64,000 nt of DNA from Candidatus Nezhaarchaeales archaeon (GCA_038887515.1 JAWAKK010000001.1:64001-128000); one strand, 5' to 3'. Positions 38,220 to 48,502 are shown, numbered from the stretch's first letter. The notes: generated by a model not told the origin, from the sequence alone. Numbers and translations are program-made.

Positions 38220-39686
38220 TCACGACACCTCGAGATTCTTAGCTTCGCTCTCGAGCAAGAGGTCTATGCCCTCAACAATAATCTTCAAGTTGCGTATCTT
38301 GTCTTCATCCTTTAACAGCTTGAGCTTACGGTTATTGATCATATCCCTAACAGAGTCGTGTGAGGGTCCTCCACGAGCTCGGTATTTAGCCACGCACTTT
38401 TCAACGTTCAGAGAATCCTTAATGAGCTTCTCATCTACTTTTATTGGAAAGCCCTCAAGCATTGAAGCTTGCTCAATCATTTGAGGGGTTATTTCGCGGG
38501 GGGACAGACCTCTATTCACAGCATCTTTTACGACTCTGCCTACTATCCTATGAGCTACTCTAAACGGTACATTAAATTGTCTTACAAGCTCGTTTGCAAG
38601 CTCCGTAGCGGTAGAAAAACCGAGCTCGGCGGCTTCATGCATTCTCTTTTCATTGAACTGTAGCCCCTCAACAGCCCCCCTCATGACCCTAAGGGACCTT
38701 AACGTCTCTTCGACGGATAGCCATATCAAAGGTGTAACTTCTTGCAAATCCAAGTTATAGCTCAACGGTAACCTCTTTAGGATACTCAAAGCCGAGAAAA
38801 ACATCCCTACGACTTGAGAAGCCCTTGCCCTAGCCACTTCCGCTACTACGGGGTTCTTCTTTTGCGGCATTATGCTACTGGTTGAAGAATATTTATCCGG
38901 TAATTCTACAAAACCGAACTCCCATGTACTCCACAGCACCAACTCTTCGGCTAACTCGCTTAAGTGTACCATTATCATGGCCGAAGCAAAAGCTATATCA
39001 ATCATAAAGTCTCTGTCGGAGACCGCATCAATTGTGTTTTCTTGTACCCTCGAGAACCCCAAAAGCTTGGCTACATATTCTCTATCTATATTAAAGCTAC
39101 TGCCGGCAAGCGCAGCACTCCCCATCGGGCTTTCGTCGAGCCTTTCGTAAACCTCAAACAACCTATTGATATCTCTATCGAACTTGTCGTGATATGCCAA
39201 AAGGTAATGTGCAAGCGTGACCGGCTGCGCATGTTGAAGATGCGTGTAGCCCGGCATCACAGTATTGACATGCCTCTCGCATTGAATAAGTAATGCCTCC
39301 TTGAACTTTAAAAGCTCATACATCATTTCAATTATAAACCTCTTAGCTGTAATTCTCAAGGCTGTTGCTACTTGATCATTCCTGCTCTTACCTGTATGTA
39401 GTTTTCCGCCTATCTCCACTCCAACTTCTCTAATTACTTCATCTTCAATGCACATGTGTACATCTTCAAGATCCTTCTTTAACTCAAATCCTTGAAGAAG
39501 CTTTTTCAATACTTGGTAAAGCACTTTACCATCAGCTAAATTTATGATTCCTTGTTTGACAAGCATTAATAGATGTGCTATGTTTACCCTTACTACATCT
39601 AAGGCTATTCTATCGTCAAAGAATATTGACGATGTGTATTGAGTTGCTTCATTACTTGGCATTTCGACCCTTGTTCCCCACATCAT
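38220..39686 (-). CDS. argH: Argininosuccinate lyase
   Basis: EDVH, GKLHTGKSRNDQ, PGYTHLQHAQP, SSIMPQKKNP. ATG at 39686/39683 overlaps the argG end. Confidence 0.96.
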   Translation of the reverse strand: MMWGTRVEMPSNEATQYTSSIFFDDRIALDVVRVNIAHLLMLVKQGIINLADGKVLYQVLKKLLQGFELKKDLEDVHMCIEDEVIREVGVEIGGKLHTGKSRNDQVATALRITAKRFIIEMMYELLKFKEALLIQCERHVNTVMPGYTHLQHAQPVTLAHYLLAYHDKFDRDINRLFEVYERLDESPMGSAALAGSSFNIDREYVAKLLGFSRVQENTIDAVSDRDFMIDIAFASAMIMVHLSELAEELVLWSTWEFGFVELPDKYSSTSSIMPQKKNPVVAEVARARASQVVGMFFSALSILKRLPLSYNLDLQEVTPLIWLSVEETLRSLRVMRGAVEGLQFNEKRMHEAAELGFSTATELANELVRQFNVPFRVAHRIVGRVVKDAVNRGLSPREITPQMIEQASMLEGFPIKVDEKLIKDSLNVEKCVAKYRARGGPSHDSVRDMINNRKLKLLKDEDKIRNLKIIVEGIDLLLESEAKNLEVS

Positions 39687-40875
39687 GCTCACTGCGACCA
39701 CCTCTCGACCTAGCAAGGTATGTTTGCAAACCCCAAAGCTCTATGAAACCCTTAGCAAGTTTCTGATCGAACTTGCTCCATTCCTCATAAGTTGCGAGAT
39801 CAAGCTCGTAGAGGGACTTGATAGACCTTCTACCGACTACAATAACCATGCCCTTGTAAAGCTTTAACTTAACGTCCCCTTCGACTCTCTCTTGGGTCTT
39901 ATCTATAAAGGCTTCAAGACCTTCACGAAGAGGATCGCACCATAAGCCCTCGTATACAAGTCTGCTCCACTTATCATCAACCATCGATTTGAACTCCAAT
40001 TCATGCTTAGTTAAGGTCATTTTTTCAAGATCCTTATGGGCCTCAATTATACAAATTGCAGCAGGTGCCTCGTAGACTTCTCTACTCTTTATGCCAACGA
40101 CACGGTCTTCTATATGGTCTATTCTACCAACACCATGTAGCCCAGCGAACCTATTCAGGGAGATTATTAAGTCCTTTAAATCCATCTTGACGCCATTAAG
40201 CGCAGTGGGCACCCCCCTTTCAAACGTTAAGGTCACGTAAGCGGGCTCGTTAGGAGCTTTAACTGGGTCTATCGTCCATTCAAATGCGTCTTCAGGAGGT
40301 TCCGCATAGGGATCGTCAAGGGGGCCACACTCTATGGATCTCCCCCACAAGTTTTGGTCTATGCTGTAAGGTTTACTTTTTATTGATATAGGGATACCCC
40401 TTTCTCTGGCATACTCAACCTCCTTATCCCTACTTAATTCCCATTCTCGTACTGGGGCTATGATCTTCAAGTGAGGGGCTAATGCTTTAACGGTAACTTC
40501 TATCCTAACTTGATCATTCCCTTTGCCAGTACATCCATGAGCTACCGCATCCGCCTTCTCCTTCAAAGCCACTTCAACAAGTTTTTCGGCAATAAGTGGT
40601 CTAGAGAGAGCGCTATGAAGCGGATACTTACCTTCATAAAGTGCGTTCGCTTTTATTGCTCGTGCAACAAACCTGTTGACGAAATCGTCTATAGCATTTA
40701 TCGAGTAGTGCTTGTATACTCCTAGGTCCTTAGCTTTTTTCTCTATCGCCTTAAGGTCCTCCATCTGTCCAACATCTAGTGTCACAGTTATTACGTCAGC
40801 ATCGTACTTTTCCTGCAACCATTTAATTGCGACTGATGTATCTAACCCTCCTGAATACGCCAATACTACCTTCAT
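39652..40875 (-). CDS. argG: Argininosuccinate synthase
   Basis: LAYSGGLDTS, HGCTGKGNDQVR, SIDQNLWGRSIE, KSREVYEAPA. Confidence 0.97.
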   Translation of the reverse strand: MKVVLAYSGGLDTSVAIKWLQEKYDADVITVTLDVGQMEDLKAIEKKAKDLGVYKHYSINAIDDFVNRFVARAIKANALYEGKYPLHSALSRPLIAEKLVEVALKEKADAVAHGCTGKGNDQVRIEVTVKALAPHLKIIAPVREWELSRDKEVEYARERGIPISIKSKPYSIDQNLWGRSIECGPLDDPYAEPPEDAFEWTIDPVKAPNEPAYVTLTFERGVPTALNGVKMDLKDLIISLNRFAGLHGVGRIDHIEDRVVGIKSREVYEAPAAICIIEAHKDLEKMTLTKHELEFKSMVDDKWSRLVYEGLWCDPLREGLEAFIDKTQERVEGDVKLKLYKGMVIVVGRRSIKSLYELDLATYEEWSKFDQKLAKGFIELWGLQTYLARSRGGRSEHDVGNKGRNAK

Positions 40876-40921
40876 AACTCTCTACACTCAATCAGAGATA
40901 GAGAGTAGCTTAAAAGATGTC

Positions 40922-40937
40922 TTATATAAACGTTTCT
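40922..40937 (-). promoter_or_regulatory. Putative BRE-TATA promoter of the arg/lys operon
   Basis: Minus strand reads AGAAACG-TTTATATAA, about 47 nt upstream of argG. Confidence 0.5.
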
Positions 40938-41049
40938 TTCTTTTAAACTATCCTTATATTTTAAATTAATAAAATTTAGGAATCCTCAAAGGTCTGACTG
41001 AAAATACTTAAGACTAAGCTACCCCAACAACTTTAAATGGCGATCCTAT

Positions 41050-41376
41050 ATGAAGGGATGCCACCTCGTCGTTCTAATAACTTTCCCCTCAAAAGAAGAG
41101 GCTTTCAAAGCATCGAAGAGGCTCGTTGAAGAGGGCCTAGCTGCTTGCGTAAATGTTGTAGAGAATGTTCATTCCTTCTTCATATTCGAAGGCAAATTCG
41201 AGGAATGCAATGAATCTTTGGCAGTAATTAAGACCAAGCTTGACGTCTTGCCAAAGCTTATAGAAGTAGTGCGATCTATCCATTCGTATAGCGTCCCTGA
41301 AATAATCGCTCTACCAATAATTGCCGGTTATGATGATTACTTAAAATGGATTGACGAAAGTTTAGGGTGTAGGTAG
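41050..41376 (+). CDS. cutA: Divalent-cation tolerance protein CutA
   Basis: LAACVN, IKT, HSYSVPEII, Y.KWI. Confidence 0.92.
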   Translation: MKGCHLVVLITFPSKEEAFKASKRLVEEGLAACVNVVENVHSFFIFEGKFEECNESLAVIKTKLDVLPKLIEVVRSIHSYSVPEIIALPIIAGYDDYLKWIDESLGCR

Positions 41377-42159
41377 TTGCCGATTAGGGGTCTAATAATA
41401 GACTTGGATGGTTGCGTCTACATAGGAGATAAGCCCATATACGGGGTACAAGAAGCATTGCAAAAACTTAGATCTAAAGGCATAAAGGTACTCTTCTTAA
41501 CAAATAATTCAACTAAGACGCCTCAAGAGTACCTCAGTAAGCTTGAGAGCATGAACATTAAAGCATCCCTTCAGGAAATCTTAACCTCAAGCGTTATAGC
41601 AGCATCATACGTAAAACGTGTTTACGGTCCTTCAAGGGTATATGTGGTGGGCACAAGAGCTTTAGAAGAAGTATTAAAGTTCTACGGCCACGAAGTTGTT
41701 GACGCGGGTTCCGAGGTCGTGATAGCTGGACTCGACTTTAACTTCAACTATCAAAAGCTTTCAAGGGCCTCGAAAGAGATAAGAAGAGGCGCTAGGTTCA
41801 TAGCTACTAATGCTGATGCCACCATACCGATGGAAGAAGACGTTATGCCCGGTGCAGGCCCAATAGTTAAGGCCATAGAGGTTGCGTCCGGAGTAAAACC
41901 GTTAATTGTTGGGAAACCATCGAAAATAGCTATTAAAGAAGCCCTTAGGCTTTTAAAACTTAGGCCGGAGGAGGTTTTGATTGTAGGAGACAGACCGGAA
42001 ACGGATATAAAGATGGGTAAAAAGTTCAATTGTTTGACGGCTTTAGTTTTGACCGGTGTAATTAAGAAAGAAAGTTTAGAAAGTATGCCAAAGTCACTTA
42101 AACCAAACTTAGTCGTTGACAGCTTGAGAGACTTGGTCGACAAAATTGACGATCTCTAA
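41377..42159 (+). CDS. HAD-IIA (NagD-like) phosphatase
   Basis: DLDGC, LTNNS, ATNAD, GKPS, VGDR.ETDI, VLTG. Confidence 0.92.
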   Translation: MPIRGLIIDLDGCVYIGDKPIYGVQEALQKLRSKGIKVLFLTNNSTKTPQEYLSKLESMNIKASLQEILTSSVIAASYVKRVYGPSRVYVVGTRALEEVLKFYGHEVVDAGSEVVIAGLDFNFNYQKLSRASKEIRRGARFIATNADATIPMEEDVMPGAGPIVKAIEVASGVKPLIVGKPSKIAIKEALRLLKLRPEEVLIVGDRPETDIKMGKKFNCLTALVLTGVIKKESLESMPKSLKPNLVVDSLRDLVDKIDDL

Positions 42160-42644
42160 TTGCTTTTTTTAGGTGTACTCACACCGATTTCATAGACATA
42201 TATTTTGTGGTCACACCAATAATCCTTTACGCTCTCGACATGAATTGGTTTCCAGCCAGGTACCTCAAAGTCGTGAGATACTACCCTAGCACCAATCCTT
42301 AATTCTTTTTCAAGTTTAGGCTTTAACTTCTCATTGACGCTCGTCAGTAGGTATAATGTCACAACGCTAGCCTCGCTTATGTCTACTTGGAAAAAGTCAC
42401 CATTAATCACTTTAACCCTCCCCTCGAGACCATCCATTTTAACCTTTTTCAATATCTGCTCATAAAGATCCTTTCTTATTTCAACACCAACGGCCTTAGC
42501 CCCGAACTCCCTTGCCGCCATAACTATTATCCTACCATCACCTGCACCTAAATCGTACACCACATCGTTAGGGCCAACATTAGCTAGCTCAAGCATCCTT
42601 CGAACAACGTGCTCTGGAGTAGATACAAAGGGGACGTCGACCAC
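42156..42644 (-). CDS. Protein-lysine N-methyltransferase (crenarchaeal aKMT-like)
   Basis: VPFV.TP..VVRRML, YDLGAGDGR, DISEASVVTLYLL..VNEKLKPKLEKEL..GARVVSHDF. Confidence 0.8.
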   Translation of the reverse strand: MVDVPFVSTPEHVVRRMLELANVGPNDVVYDLGAGDGRIIVMAAREFGAKAVGVEIRKDLYEQILKKVKMDGLEGRVKVINGDFFQVDISEASVVTLYLLTSVNEKLKPKLEKELRIGARVVSHDFEVPGWKPIHVESVKDYWCDHKIYVYEIGVSTPKKSN

Positions 42645-42799
42645 TCTAACCCCCTTCTTAGGGGAGGGGATCGTGCCTAAATTTATTTTGTTCCGTTTTT
42701 TAAATGGACGCTTTAATGGATCTCAAAGGTGCTGCGATGTTCTTCCAAGTCAATAGAGAAGAAGGGGACAAAGTTAAAAGTGACCACTGTTAATCCTTC

Positions 42800-43228
42800 T
42801 TGAGGGTTGAGAAATTGATGTACCAACCTGACCGTACGCTCCTTAAGAGTCTGGTAGAGTGGGTCGAAAGCCAGAAGAAAGCCCTTGAAGGTGCCAAGGA
42901 GTCACTAAAAGAGCTAGAAGGGGCTGATAGGCTAATGTTGATATTGGCTTCTAGGAATGCTTGTTACCATATAGCTAGGACCATTAGAGGGTTCGACAGC
43001 TGGCTTCAAAACCCCATGGTTATAGGACTTATGCCGCCAGAAATGGTCAAAGAAGTTCAAGAGAAACTCTATGAGATAATGTTCATGTTAATGGAGTTCG
43101 ATATAAAGCACACAAGCGAGTTTGTCGAGCTACTATCGAAACTTATGGATGAAGGAAAGTTGCCAAAAGTACTTTTCGAAAAACCTGAAAGAAAGGAGGA
43201 AGGGCGAAGGCTTCCGTACATGTTCTAG
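42800..43228 (+). CDS. Conserved hypothetical protein (DUF2153-like)
   Basis: W...QK, ADRL.LI...R.A..HI.RTI.GFD.WLQNP, FDIKHTS. Confidence 0.75.
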   Translation: MRVEKLMYQPDRTLLKSLVEWVESQKKALEGAKESLKELEGADRLMLILASRNACYHIARTIRGFDSWLQNPMVIGLMPPEMVKEVQEKLYEIMFMLMEFDIKHTSEFVELLSKLMDEGKLPKVLFEKPERKEEGRRLPYMF

Positions 43229-44094
43229 AGATTTTTTATACATTCGCTAAAGGCAAAAACTTGGTCTGAGACTTCAAAGATAGGAAGACCAACAATGATT
43301 GATACGCCATGGTTTACTACCTCCCTAATTTTATTTATGACGTCTTCTTTAGTGCCATAGATGCTAAGTCTTGAAACAGCCTCTTGCAGAACTTCCATGA
43401 GTTTTGGTGGCAGATCTGTTACCTTAAGATTAGAAGGCAGGGCATAACCAAGTTCAACCAGCTTCTTCTTCAACCAACTCCTCCTTAAAACATAGTCTGC
43501 CATCGCTGTCACTACATCCCTTACCGGTTTATCTATAGCGTAGGGTACATAAATAGCGCACTCGAATCCTCGTTTAGAATAATTCTCGATAAAGTCCAGC
43601 TTCTCTCTATCGTATAAAAAGAAAAGAGTTACTTCAGGGTAAGAGCTTACTATATCGCTTAAGCGCTTCTCTATCCCTTCAATCCCTAGAAAAATCTTTG
43701 AAACTCTTCCGTACGACTGATCTAAGACCCTCCTTATGGACTTATAAGATTTTTGAAGAGCTTCGTCGCCTTCAAGGTAAATGCTGTTTCCAGCTACCAC
43801 GCACAATCCAGCGTTTCCAGCTTCTTCAATTACCGGAATGTAAAGCCTCAATAACTGATCTACATCCTTGCGCCTCGTAGCTATGGTTATAAAGGTCTTA
43901 ACGTTAGGAAAAAGTCCAAGTAACTCTTCTAACTCACTTGGAGAAACATCATTTATCCTCCACTCGGAATCTATCACGTGAATTTTTAAACCAGCTTGAG
44001 AAATTAGCTTTGTAGTCTCTAAGGTCTTTGTTATCTGTTCGTTGATGCTGAGACCGAACCTACTCCTTTTAGTCGCTTTCCCCCCCACAAACAT
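43225..44094 (-). CDS. Hypothetical protein, weak luciferase-like/Mer-like TIM-barrel features
   Basis: C-terminal LSIYGT.EDV..KI......GV pattern of the LLM family; the remainder is divergent. Confidence 0.5.
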   Translation of the reverse strand: MFVGGKATKRSRFGLSINEQITKTLETTKLISQAGLKIHVIDSEWRINDVSPSELEELLGLFPNVKTFITIATRRKDVDQLLRLYIPVIEEAGNAGLCVVAGNSIYLEGDEALQKSYKSIRRVLDQSYGRVSKIFLGIEGIEKRLSDIVSSYPEVTLFFLYDREKLDFIENYSKRGFECAIYVPYAIDKPVRDVVTAMADYVLRRSWLKKKLVELGYALPSNLKVTDLPPKLMEVLQEAVSRLSIYGTKEDVINKIREVVNHGVSIIVGLPIFEVSDQVFAFSECIKNL

Positions 44095-44156
44095 TCACAC
44101 AACACCTGAAGTCGAGCTTCTTAGAGACAACTTTAACTCGAAGATTTAAAATTAGT

Positions 44157-45068
44157 TTGGGGGTCGTAAAGTTGAACGTTATGGACTTCTATGTTGTGAG
44201 GGTACCATATAGGTTCTTTGAACTTCAAAATGATATTGATGAAGCTAAGCTAGTGCTACTTGGCTTCCCTTATGATTCAACTTCGAGCTTTAGAGTCGGC
44301 TCTCGCTTTGCCCCTCAATATTTAAGGATATATTCATCGGCCATTGAAGGCTACGTCTGGGAGTTAGGGGTTGAAGTATCCGAAACAAAAATTGCCGATG
44401 TTGGAGACATTATGGTAGTCCACGGAGACACTCTCACAAGCTTAAAGCGGCTTAGTGAAGTTGTCAAGACCTTAAATTCCATGGGAAAGAAGGTAGGTGT
44501 TGTGGGGGGCGAGCATACATTAACCCTAGGCTCAGCACTTAGTTGCAATCCTAAATCGCTTTTGATTTTTGACGCTCACTTAGATTTTAGAGACGAATAC
44601 CCCTACGGACAGAGATTGAGCCACGCTACCTGGCTTAAAAGACTTGTAGAAAGAGAGCCAAAGTATAACGTCATAGTCGTAGGAGTAAGGGCAGTATCAA
44701 AAGAGGAGTTGAAGAGTTTAAGGGGATCGGATTTAAAGTTTTTGACCTTTAGGCAGATACAAAAAGAGGGGTTAAAGACCTTTGAGGACGTTCTAAGCAC
44801 TACTTCAGATCCCTTATATGTTAGCGTCGACGTCGACGTATTAGATCCAGCATATGCACCAGGTGTTTCGACTCCAGAACCTCTTGGCTTAACTCTTCGA
44901 GAGTTACTCGATGGACTTTGGAGCGTGAAAGGTAGGGAGATCATAGGCTTTGACGTTGTAGAGGTTTGTCCTCCATATGACAACGGCTCTACCTGTACCT
45001 CAGCTTGCAAGATATTGATGGATCTATCTATGATGTCGTTAACGAGCTTTAATTTTCCTAACTATTAA
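44157..45068 (+). CDS. speB: Agmatinase
   Basis: G.PYD.TSSFR.GSRFAP, GGEH, DAHLD, SHAT, DVDVLDPAYAPG, DVVEV.P. Confidence 0.92.
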   Translation: MGVVKLNVMDFYVVRVPYRFFELQNDIDEAKLVLLGFPYDSTSSFRVGSRFAPQYLRIYSSAIEGYVWELGVEVSETKIADVGDIMVVHGDTLTSLKRLSEVVKTLNSMGKKVGVVGGEHTLTLGSALSCNPKSLLIFDAHLDFRDEYPYGQRLSHATWLKRLVEREPKYNVIVVGVRAVSKEELKSLRGSDLKFLTFRQIQKEGLKTFEDVLSTTSDPLYVSVDVDVLDPAYAPGVSTPEPLGLTLRELLDGLWSVKGREIIGFDVVEVCPPYDNGSTCTSACKILMDLSMMSLTSFNFPNY

Positions 45069-45185
45069 AGGTGGTATTTTAAACATGATCCTAGCATCGC
45101 AGTAGGGACACCTAACGCCAAGGCTTTTTATCATCTCTTCTAAGGAGAAGACATTACCACAGCGTATACATTTATACTGTACCAT
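45039..45185 (-). CDS. rpoP: DNA-directed RNA polymerase subunit P (Rpo12; absent from ORF track)
   Basis: Manual translation MVQYKCIRCGNVFSLEEMIKSLGVRCPYCDARIMFKIPPLIVRKIKAR*: Zn ribbon YKC.RC...RCPYC..RI..K...KAR. Alternative ATG at 45197. Confidence 0.9.
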   Translation of the reverse strand: MVQYKCIRCGNVFSLEEMIKSLGVRCPYCDARIMFKIPPLIVRKIKAR

Positions 45186-45288
45186 TATTGACACCATGAG
45201 TCGACGTTTTGTAATCTATCCTCTATGTATAGGATAACCTTTATAAACTCACCTAATCTTCAATCACAGAAGGAGCTGATAGAAGTTA

Positions 45289-45597
45289 ATGAGCGAAACA
45301 TGCCCTGTATGTGGGCTACCGAAAGACCTTTGCGTTTGTGAAGCTATCGATCGCGAGCAACAGATCATAAGGATATACCTTGAGAAACGCAAGTGGGGTA
45401 GGGAAGTCACAATTATAGAAGGCATAGATGAGAGGAGTTGTGACCTTAAGAGCATAGCTGGTAAGCTCAAAACCCTTTGTGCTTGTGGTGGAACAGCGAA
45501 GAACGGGAAAATAGAGCTACAAGGTGATCATAGGCAGAAGGCCAGAGAGACGCTCATAAGCATGGGCTTTCCGCCAGAGAACATAAGCGTTGAATGA
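45289..45597 (+). CDS. Translation initiation factor aIF-1 (SUI1)
   Basis: [40 protein letters not shown]. Confidence 0.95.
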   Translation: MSETCPVCGLPKDLCVCEAIDREQQIIRIYLEKRKWGREVTIIEGIDERSCDLKSIAGKLKTLCACGGTAKNGKIELQGDHRQKARETLISMGFPPENISVE

Positions 45598-45637
45598 TCA
45601 TAACAGCTGTAGGCGTACCATGAGAATTAGGGTACGA

Positions 45638-46165
45638 TTACTTGTGAATGTACTTGTCGTTCTTAACTATTTCTTTTATTCTCTCTACCCCTCCTATCCT
45701 CTTTATAACTTCGGCTACAGCCTTTGGAACATACATTTCCCAACCACCATTCTCTATCATTAGTCTCCGTATGTGTGTAGCATCATATTTATCTCGTTCA
45801 AAGAATGGGATTTCTTTAACTTCAACTCCCGCCTCTACGAAGAGCCTCTTCGTTAAAGGAGAGTTTGTATAAACTCTTGAGAAAGGGGGACAGTATTGTT
45901 TAACTACTTGGACCCACAAGGCGTGCTGTCCTATGTCTGGTATTGGAATAATTATGCACCTATCAGAGAGCCCCTCTTCCTCTAAGGTTGCTAAGATCAT
46001 CTCTACCCTCTCACCTACCGTGAACGGATTATCGAGAGTATGGCTATATTGCGCAGATCCTATTCCAATGATTAGCTTCCTTTCCTGTTGCAGTATCCAC
46101 TTAGTAGCAGCTAAATGACCCAAATGGTATGGCTGAAATCTACCTATGAATAGCGCCATAGACAT
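45638..46165 (-). CDS. nadM: Nicotinamide-nucleotide adenylyltransferase
   Basis: FIGRFQPYHLGH, GIGSAQ.SH...NPFT.GER. Confidence 0.93.
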   Translation of the reverse strand: MSMALFIGRFQPYHLGHLAATKWILQQERKLIIGIGSAQYSHTLDNPFTVGERVEMILATLEEEGLSDRCIIIPIPDIGQHALWVQVVKQYCPPFSRVYTNSPLTKRLFVEAGVEVKEIPFFERDKYDATHIRRLMIENGGWEMYVPKAVAEVIKRIGGVERIKEIVKNDKYIHK

Positions 46166-46258
46166 GCTTCATCACGTAAATGGCCCTATAATTACTAGCT
46201 TTCGTTCATAAATTAATTATGGTAACGTGTTGCATTATTTCAGTACGACAGCTATGTA

Positions 46259-47044
46259 TTAAAGGGGTGGTAGTAAAGCTTCTCCTGGTCTTATGGATTT
46301 AAGCAAGTTGAGAAGCTCTTGCTGACTAATGGCCTTAGATATTGCTAATGGTACACCTTCATTCTTCGCTATTATAACAGCTAATTTGTCTACAGTCTTA
46401 GCTCCGTGGAGTACTATCAGACCCGGCTTCAAACTACCTAAACCGGCTTGCATAGCTTTAAGTGCTACTAGAGGCGACCTTCCAGTACTAACTCTAACGA
46501 ATATTGCTGCTCTCTGGGAGGTTGAACCATAAAGTTTAAGGTAGTCACTTGATGGGACCTCTAAGACCAACTTAATGCTATCTACTACTGTGTAGCCGAG
46601 TAACGGTTTGAACTCTGTATCTTCACCTACTATGAGTTCGGCTTTTATATGTTTACAGAATTCTCCTAAGCTTATGGGTTCTACGAAGTCCCTTATATCA
46701 ATGATAGCTTCTCGTAATGCCTCAGATCCCGTGTATAATCTTCTTAATGGCTCTGTTATCCTTCCTCCTCTTTCATCATCTATCTTAATGAGGGCTGAAA
46801 CTACTTTCCTTACAAACCCTATACCAGGGGACTTCCTTCTCCCACTTTCGTAGTCTGATATAACAGAAGGCGAAACCTTCAAAAAGTGGGCTAACTCGGT
46901 TGTGGAGACCATAAACCTCTGGCGCCAGCTCCTAAGAGCCTGCCCTACGTCGTCTGAGAATATTATTTCGCCTGCTATCCTTACAGCTAGCTCCCGCTGA
47001 CTTGTTGTTAACTCAATTCCAGTCATTGCCGTCATTAAAACCAT
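46259..47044 (-). CDS. Archaeal XRE-type HTH transcriptional regulator (COG1709-like)
   Basis: IAGEIIFS, WR..F, SPSVISDYESGRRKSPG, GYTVVDS, RA.IF..VSTGRSP.VA. Start may be ATG 47026. Confidence 0.85.
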   Translation of the reverse strand: MVLMTAMTGIELTTSQRELAVRIAGEIIFSDDVGQALRSWRQRFMVSTTELAHFLKVSPSVISDYESGRRKSPGIGFVRKVVSALIKIDDERGGRITEPLRRLYTGSEALREAIIDIRDFVEPISLGEFCKHIKAELIVGEDTEFKPLLGYTVVDSIKLVLEVPSSDYLKLYGSTSQRAAIFVRVSTGRSPLVALKAMQAGLGSLKPGLIVLHGAKTVDKLAVIIAKNEGVPLAISKAISQQELLNLLKSIRPGEALLPPL

Positions 47045-47093
47045 CTACGCAACACGTTTTTAGCTCTTCTCCTCTACGAAAAATTAGAAATTC

Positions 47094-47813
47094 ATGAAGA
47101 AGATCGAAGAAAAAGCGCGGGCCAAAATGAGGGACATCATCGAGACCTATGATGCGATAGCGGAGGGCTTCTCTAACACTCGTCGTTATCCTTGGATTGA
47201 GATAGTCCATCTACTTGGCGAAATATCGAATAAAACACTTTTGGACATTGGATGTGGAAATGGAAGGCACTTAGTAGAACTCGCTAAAGGAGCAAGCATA
47301 GCAGTAGGCATAGACTTGTCAAAGAAGCTAATTAAGATAGCTAAGACTCGAATATCTAGGCTAGGAGTTACGCATAAAGCAATGCTCGTCTTAGGCGACA
47401 TGCTCTTTATGCCCTTTAGACCTGAAAGCTTCGATTCCATCGCATGCATAGCGGTGATGCATCACGTGCCGACCAAAAATTTGAGACAGCTAGCTGTTTC
47501 AGAAATAGCTAGAGTTCTTAGGAGTGGCGGGCTAGCAGTCATATCGGCTTGGTACAGATGGCAGAAGAAATTTGTCTTTGATGTTCTAAAAAGCTTCTTC
47601 ATGAAGCTCGTGGGCGTAGTATTTGAATTTGGGGACACTTACATTTCTTGGAAGTCGAAGGGAAAGATATTCAAAAGGTTCTTCCACATATTTACAATAA
47701 GCGAGATGAAGGACTTAATAAATATCGAGGCCTTCGAATTTAAAGACTTAAAACTAGTTGCCATCGGGAGTAAGAGGTTAATGAACGTTGTAGCAGTAGT
47801 TGCTAAGCGTTAA
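47094..47813 (+). CDS. Trm9/ALKBH8-like SAM-dependent methyltransferase (tRNA cm5U34 methyltransferase candidate)
   Basis: YDAIA..FSNTR..PW, LDIGCGNGR, IAVMHH, EIARVL..GG...I.AW, RFFHIF...E; order matches the remembered Trm9/ALKBH8 motifs. Confidence 0.7.
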   Translation: MKKIEEKARAKMRDIIETYDAIAEGFSNTRRYPWIEIVHLLGEISNKTLLDIGCGNGRHLVELAKGASIAVGIDLSKKLIKIAKTRISRLGVTHKAMLVLGDMLFMPFRPESFDSIACIAVMHHVPTKNLRQLAVSEIARVLRSGGLAVISAWYRWQKKFVFDVLKSFFMKLVGVVFEFGDTYISWKSKGKIFKRFFHIFTISEMKDLINIEAFEFKDLKLVAIGSKRLMNVVAVVAKR

Positions 47814-47845
47814 CGCTAATACTAACTTCTTCGAAATATCACTTT

Positions 47846-48502
47846 GTGAGCAATATGTCTATAACAATAGCTTGGCATGGGCACGCCTGCTTTGAAATTA
47901 AAAACCACGTAACGATAGTGGTAGACCCTCATGATGGTACATCCATTGGGATAAAACCCCCGTCGGCTAAGGCTGACTTAGTCTTGATATCTCATAAACA
48001 CTTCGATCATGCTAATGGCTTAATGTTTGTCAAGAAAAATGGCACCGTAGTAATAGATAAGCCGGGTAATTATGAAGTCAAGGGAGTGAAAGTGGTGGGG
48101 ATACCCACCTATCACGATGAATGTCGAGGAGCTAAACGTGGATTAAATACAGTTTACCTCTTTGAATATGATGAAGTTAGGTTCTGTCATTTAGGCGACT
48201 TGGGGCATGTGTTAAGTGAAGATCAAGCCCGTTTCTTAAGACCAGTAGACGTCCTCATGATTCCTGTCGGAGGAACCTTTACTATAGACGCAAAGCAAGC
48301 TAATGAAATTATGAACTTACTATCACCGAGAATAGCAATACCGATGCACTATAAGACGCCTGGACTAAATCTACCGATAGTTGGCGTTGAAGGTTTTATT
48401 GCTGGAAAGACGAATGTAGAACGCTCACAGTCAAATACATACAGGGTATCTAAAGAGACTCTGCCTAGTAAGTTAAAAATAGTTGTGTTAAGTCCACTGT
48501 AA
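47846..48502 (+). CDS. MBL-fold Zn-dependent hydrolase (COG2220-like)
   Basis: WHGHACF, DP, SHKHFDH, HLGDLGH, IPVGG, IPMHY. Confidence 0.85.
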   Translation: MSNMSITIAWHGHACFEIKNHVTIVVDPHDGTSIGIKPPSAKADLVLISHKHFDHANGLMFVKKNGTVVIDKPGNYEVKGVKVVGIPTYHDECRGAKRGLNTVYLFEYDEVRFCHLGDLGHVLSEDQARFLRPVDVLMIPVGGTFTIDAKQANEIMNLLSPRIAIPMHYKTPGLNLPIVGVEGFIAGKTNVERSQSNTYRVSKETLPSKLKIVVLSPL

